This document shows, piece by piece, positions 59,796-64,000 of a stretch of 64,000 nt of DNA (positions within the stretch are counted from its first letter, which is position 1; each line of letters begins with the position of its first letter). The position numbers and the translations under genes were made by a program. Source of the DNA: Gemmatimonadota bacterium (GTDB lineage Bacteria; Gemmatimonadota; Gemmatimonadetes; Palauibacterales; Palauibacteraceae); NCBI GenBank assembly GCA_963666735.1, contig OY762926.1, positions 3,840,001 through 3,904,000 on the forward strand, in the 5' to 3' direction. Below the pieces are notes generated by a model. It had not been told where the DNA came from and did no database searches. It saw only the letters and a list, made by a program, of their open reading frames with translations.

Positions 59796-60742
59796 AGCCC
59801 CCGGGGCTGCCGGAGATGGAGGCGGCACGGGAACGGGTCTACGCGGCGGCCCTCCGCTCGCCGCTCCTCCGCCTCGGCGTCGACGAGGGGCCCGAGATCT
59901 GGCTCAAGCTCGAAAACCTGCAGCCGATCGGATCGTTCAAGATCCGGGGATCCGCGAACGCCATCGGCCTCATTCCGCCCGAGGAGCTGGTGGCGGGCGT
60001 ATGGACGGCGAGCGCGGGGAACATGGCGCAGGGCGTCGGCTGGAACGCGCGCCGTCTCGGCGTCCCGTGCTCGGTCGTCGTCCCGGAGACGGCGCCGCGG
60101 CTCAAGCTGGACGCGATCGCCCGCCTCGGCGCGACGGCTGTCAAGACCTCCGTCGCCTCCTGGTTCGAGGTGTTCCGCACGCAGCGCTTCGATGGAATGA
60201 GCGGGCGGTTCGTCCATGCCTTCATGGACCGTGACGTGATGGCGGGGAACGGAACCATCGCGCTCGAACTGGTCGAGGATCTCCCCGCTGTGGACGCCGT
60301 CGTCGTCCCCTTCGGAGGAGGCGGCCTCGCATGCGGGATCGCGGCCGGCATGCGGGCCGTCGCGCCGCACGTTCCCGTCTTCGCGTCCGAGGTCACGGGT
60401 CAGGCGCCGTTCGCGGAGTCGCTGCGCGCGGGCCGGGCCGTCTCGATCTCCTATACACCCTCGTTCGTCGATGGAATCGGAGGACCGCACGTCGAGCCGG
60501 ACATGTGGGATTTGGCGCGGGATCTCCTCGCCGGCTCCGTCGAGATCACGCTCGAGGACACCGCGGCGGCGGTTCGCCTGCTCGCGACCCGCAACCGCGT
60601 GGTCGCCGAGGGGGCCGGCGCCTCCTCCGTCGCGGCCGCCCTTTCGGGCGCGGTAAAGGGGGACAGGATCGTCTGCATCGTGTCCGGGGGGAATCTGGAT
60701 CCGTCCAGCCTCGCCACCATCCTCGCGGGCGGCGTGCCATGA
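59792..60742 (+). CDS. Threonine/serine dehydratase-like PLP enzyme
   Basis: KLENLQPIGSFKIRG, ASAGNMAQG, PFGGGGL, EGAGA, VSGGNLD. Confidence 0.92.
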   Translation: MKPPGLPEMEAARERVYAAALRSPLLRLGVDEGPEIWLKLENLQPIGSFKIRGSANAIGLIPPEELVAGVWTASAGNMAQGVGWNARRLGVPCSVVVPETAPRLKLDAIARLGATAVKTSVASWFEVFRTQRFDGMSGRFVHAFMDRDVMAGNGTIALELVEDLPAVDAVVVPFGGGGLACGIAAGMRAVAPHVPVFASEVTGQAPFAESLRAGRAVSISYTPSFVDGIGGPHVEPDMWDLARDLLAGSVEITLEDTAAAVRLLATRNRVVAEGAGASSVAAALSGAVKGDRIVCIVSGGNLDPSSLATILAGGVP

Positions 60743-61377
60743 GCGACATGACCGACCCGCCCGTCCCCCGCGAATCTCCCGCCCCCGCTCCTCCTGCGAC
60801 GCTCACGGCCTCACAGGTCTCGCAGATCCTGAAGCGGGCGGCCGAGATCGACGCGCGCGGCGATTCGATGACCGTGGAAGAGCTGGAGCGCATCGCCGGC
60901 GAGGCGGGGATCGACCCGCGCGCCACACGGACGGCGATCGCGGAACTGGTCGCGGAGGAGACGCCGGTTCCGGCCCCGCCACCTCCGGCGGTCCCCGCGA
61001 CGCGCGCCGGAAACCCGGCCTCCCCCTCTCCCGGACGCATCATCGCGGGCGGGGCGGTCGGCGCGGTCTTCGGGTTCCTCTTCGCGAGTTCACTCGGGGG
61101 CGCCATCACGGGGGCCGGCGCCACGGTGATCTACCTCATACTGCGTGCCGTGCAGGCCATGAAGCGCGGCAGCCAGCTCGACTTCCAGCTCCAGAACTTC
61201 ACCTTGTGGTTCGTGTCGACACTGATCATCTCGGCCGCGGGCGGGCTCGAGGAGTTCCTGTTCACCCTGCTCTGCTGGATCCTCACGTCGGTCATCGGCG
61301 GACTCCTCGTCCGCTTCGGCCCCCGGGAGGAGGAGCCGGAGGAAGGGATCCCACAACTCGAATCCGGAGGCCGCTGA
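60739..61377 (+). CDS. Membrane protein, paralogue A of a tandem pair
   Basis: SQVSQILKRAAEID...TVEELERIAGEAGIDP, four TM segments, ends PQLESGGR. Confidence 0.8.
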   Translation: MSDMTDPPVPRESPAPAPPATLTASQVSQILKRAAEIDARGDSMTVEELERIAGEAGIDPRATRTAIAELVAEETPVPAPPPPAVPATRAGNPASPSPGRIIAGGAVGAVFGFLFASSLGGAITGAGATVIYLILRAVQAMKRGSQLDFQLQNFTLWFVSTLIISAAGGLEEFLFTLLCWILTSVIGGLLVRFGPREEEPEEGIPQLESGGR

Positions 61378-61380
61378 CGC

Positions 61381-62010
61381 ATGACCGACCCGCCGCTGAA
61401 GCTCACCACGTCGCAGGTTTCCCTCATTCTCCAGCGCGCGGCCGAGATCGACGCGCGGGGGGACACCCTGAGCGTCGAGGAGTTGGAGCGCATCGCCGCC
61501 GAGGCGGGCATCGACGTCCGGGCGACGCGGACGGCGATCGCGGAATTCATCGCCGAGGAGATGCCCGTCCCCGCTGCCGAACCCGATGTTCCGGCGGTCC
61601 CCCGGGCTCCGGAAGTGCCGCGGACGCGCACCCGCAAGTCGAGTTCGCCTTCTCCCCTGCGCATTCTCTCCGGCGGCGGCGTCGGGGTCGCGTTCGGGTT
61701 CCTCCAGGCGCTCTTCGAGTCGGCCGCCTTCCTGGGGTTCGGCGGCGCCGTGCTCTACCTCGTGCTGCGCGCGGTGCAGAGCATGAAGCGCGGAGACCAG
61801 CTCGACTTCCAGCTCCAGAACTTCGCCCTCTGGCTCGGCACTCTGATGAGCACCCTCGCCACGGATGTCCTCGAGGGGGACGAGGTCACCGCGATCATCC
61901 TCTTCGTCTGGCTGGTCACGTCGTTCCTGGGCGGACTGCTCGTCCGCTTCGGCCCTCGGGAGGAGGAGACGGAGGAAGAAGTCCCACAGCTCGAATCCGG
62001 AGGCCGCTGA
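61381..62010 (+). CDS. Membrane protein, paralogue B of a tandem pair
   Basis: SQVSLILQRAAEID...SVEELERIAAEAGIDV, QLDFQLQNF, ends PQLESGGR. Confidence 0.8.
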   Translation: MTDPPLKLTTSQVSLILQRAAEIDARGDTLSVEELERIAAEAGIDVRATRTAIAEFIAEEMPVPAAEPDVPAVPRAPEVPRTRTRKSSSPSPLRILSGGGVGVAFGFLQALFESAAFLGFGGAVLYLVLRAVQSMKRGDQLDFQLQNFALWLGTLMSTLATDVLEGDEVTAIILFVWLVTSFLGGLLVRFGPREEETEEEVPQLESGGR

Positions 62011-62120
62011 CGCAGGGCGGTTTCGCCCAGCCCCGCATCGCCTTCGCAACTCCAGTTGACATCTGCATGCACTACGCTATCGTTATGATATCAGGGATCG
62101 AACTTGGAGCGTATCGGAGC

Positions 62121-62356
62121 ATGGGAAACCTGACCGTAAGGAATCTGGACGACAGCGTCATCGCGCGGCTGAAGGCACAGGCGAGGGAAAACGAACGCTC
62201 GCTCGAGGGGGAGATCCGGCATGTGCTAAGAAGGGAAGCGTCGAAGCCTCGGCGCGCGGCCGAGTCTTCGCGCGAGCCGATGAGTTGGCGGCGACGACGG
62301 TTGGCACGCGGCAGACGGACAGTGCGGCCCTGGTCAGGGAGGATCGGGCTCGGTGA
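62121..62356 (+). pseudogene. FitA-like ribbon-helix-helix antitoxin with a frameshift near 62265
   Basis: MGNLTVRNLDDSVIARLKAQARENERSLEGEIRHVL; the typical ending FARADELAA...TDSAALVREDRAR* is in another frame and its TGA overlaps the toxin GTG. Confidence 0.8.
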
Positions 62357-63183
62357 GAGTCACGGTGGACGCGAGCGTCGCCGTGAAATGGTTTGTCGAG
62401 GAGGAAGGGCGCGGTCAAGCCCTCACGTTGACAGCCCCCCGACTCGAAAGGCACGCCCCGGATCTCATGCTGCCCGAGTGCGCCAACGTGATCTGGAAGA
62501 AGCAGCGCCGCGGCGAGATTACTTCGGCGGAGCCGTTCATCGACCAAATCGCGCAGCTGTCGGAAGTCATGACCCTTCACCCCGGTGCAGCACTGGTGCG
62601 CGAAGCGGTAGGGATCGCTCTGGAAGCCGAGCACCCGGTGTACGACTGCTTCTACATTGCGTGCGCGAAGCTTACGGACTCGGTCCTGGTGACCGCGGAT
62701 CGTCGACTGGCAGAGATCGGATCGCGGTCGCCCCACCCGGTGACCGCCGTCACCCTCGAGGACGGGGAAGCGATCGGCCGGATCGAAGCGGCTGGCGTTC
62801 GGTTCGTCATCAGCCCGGCGAAGGTGGAGGCATTGATCGAAGCGTGGGATCGCTTCATGGCCACATGGGACAGTGTCCTGAGGGACACGTTCTCGTCGGC
62901 ATCAACAGAAAGAGTGCGGATCATCAGCCACGAACACCGAGATCTTGCAAAGAGCCTTGTGCAGACGTCCCCCACCTACCGGCGGTTGATTGAGATGGTT
63001 CAGAATCTGGATCAAGACGAACGCGTGGATCTGCTCGTGCTTGCGTGGACCGGAGGGGGCGAGGCGACGACACGCCGGCATCTCCTTGATCGCGCGCTCC
63101 GCACGGTCGACGAGTTGGACGTCATCGATATCGCGCATCTGGGTGTGGACTGGCGCGAAGGTCGCGCGCATCTGGCCGAGTAG
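62353..63183 (+). CDS. vapC: PIN-domain (VapC/FitB-like) toxin with a C-terminal DUF3775-like extension
   Basis: TVDASVAVKWF, ECANVIWKK, HPVYDCFYIACA, LVTADRRL; extension with NLDQDERVDLLVLAWTGGG. Confidence 0.85.
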   Translation: MRVTVDASVAVKWFVEEEGRGQALTLTAPRLERHAPDLMLPECANVIWKKQRRGEITSAEPFIDQIAQLSEVMTLHPGAALVREAVGIALEAEHPVYDCFYIACAKLTDSVLVTADRRLAEIGSRSPHPVTAVTLEDGEAIGRIEAAGVRFVISPAKVEALIEAWDRFMATWDSVLRDTFSSASTERVRIISHEHRDLAKSLVQTSPTYRRLIEMVQNLDQDERVDLLVLAWTGGGEATTRRHLLDRALRTVDELDVIDIAHLGVDWREGRAHLAE

Positions 63184-63343
63184 GAACCATCCCAAACGGC
63201 CGAGACGCCGCAGGAGGTGCAGGCGGCCGAACCGACCGGCATCTATTGCTACAACGGCCATATCCTGGAGAGCTTCCTCGCGACCCGGCTCGTGGTGGAT
63301 CCGGGGACAGGTTACTTCGGCATGACGCGGGAGGAGGGGAGTG

Positions 63344-64000
63344 ATGACGGCTCGGACGACACTCATTGCGGTGCTGGCGCTCGGCACCGGCGCCATGGAG
63401 GCCGGGGCGCAGACGCCGGGTTCGATCCCGACGCCGGAGTCGGTGCTGGGGCACGTCGTGGGGGCGGACTTCCACCTCGCGACCTACGAGACCTCGATCG
63501 AATACTTCCAGGCGCTGGACGCCGCGACGGACCGCCTCGAATTGCGCGAAGTGGGGCGTTCGTCGTTCGGCCGGCCGGTGTACCTCGCGCTGATCTCGAG
63601 CGCGGAGAACCTCGCCAACCTCGACCGCCACCGGGAAATCGCGCAGCGGCTCGCGCATCCCCGCGGACTGACCGACGAGGAAGCGCGGCAGCTCGCGGCG
63701 GAAGGGAGGGCCCTGGTCTGGATCGACGGAGGCCTGCACGCGTCGGAGGTGGCGCACGCGCAGCACACGATTCAGCTCGCCTACGACCTGGTGACGGGGG
63801 ATGTGGACCCGGAGACCGCGGCGATCCTCGACAACGTCATCCTCCTCCTCTGGCCCTCGATCAATCCCGACGGGCAGACGCTCATCGCGGACTGGTACGA
63901 CTCGAACGTGGGCACGCCGTACGAGGTCGCGCCCGCGCCCTTCCTCTACCAGAAGTACATCGGGCACGACAACAACCGGGACGGCTACATGATCAACCAG
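63344..64000 (+). CDS. M14 zinc carboxypeptidase-family protein, runs off the right edge
   Basis: Read manually: signal peptide, PTPESVLG, GLHASE (HxxE), PSINPDG, YIGHDNNRD. Confidence 0.9.
   Translation, partial: MTARTTLIAVLALGTGAMEAGAQTPGSIPTPESVLGHVVGADFHLATYETSIEYFQALDAATDRLELREVGRSSFGRPVYLALISSAENLANLDRHREIAQRLAHPRGLTDEEARQLAAEGRALVWIDGGLHASEVAHAQHTIQLAYDLVTGDVDPETAAILDNVILLLWPSINPDGQTLIADWYDSNVGTPYEVAPAPFLYQKYIGHDNNRDGYMINQ

Noticed and set aside
61206..62993. 595-aa ORF containing an RHH domain
   Set aside because: Chance open frame across the paralogue pair plus the frameshifted antitoxin reading out of frame through vapC

Overview
GC-rich bacterial chromosomal window; the gene repertoire suggests Gemmatimonadota, but that is inference only. 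The flanks are ordinary catabolic/transport DNA. Left (1-6 kb): FAD/Fe-S oxidoreductase, class V aminotransferase, TRAP transporter. Right (37.7-64 kb): two metallo-beta-lactamase-fold genes, TctCBA transporter, MmgE/PrpD, CocE/NonD hydrolase, peptidases (M24, S9, M14), PLP enzymes, a cold-shock protein and PIN toxin-antitoxin genes. The accessory region at about 6-37.7 kb is heavily invaded by mobile elements: IS21, IS1380, two IS1182-like, two IS3, an rve-type IS and a group II intron, several nested in each other's terminal repeats; a second IS1380 lies at 48.7-50.5 kb. It also carries an intact three-gene Lamassu/ABC-three-component defence system with an HNH effector. The best candidate for an undescribed system is a secreted disulfide-peptide module. 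Two small Cys-rich peptides share a near-identical 24-residue leader but have divergent cores, each is followed by its own lipoprotein, and a DsbA-like oxidase lies between them. A shared bipartite ECF-type promoter motif links this module to an ECF sigma/zinc-finger anti-sigma pair 25 kb upstream and to decayed beta-propeller cassettes. Three exact copies of a 16-bp parS-like palindrome were also seen. All calls come from reading the sequence; no database searches were run.
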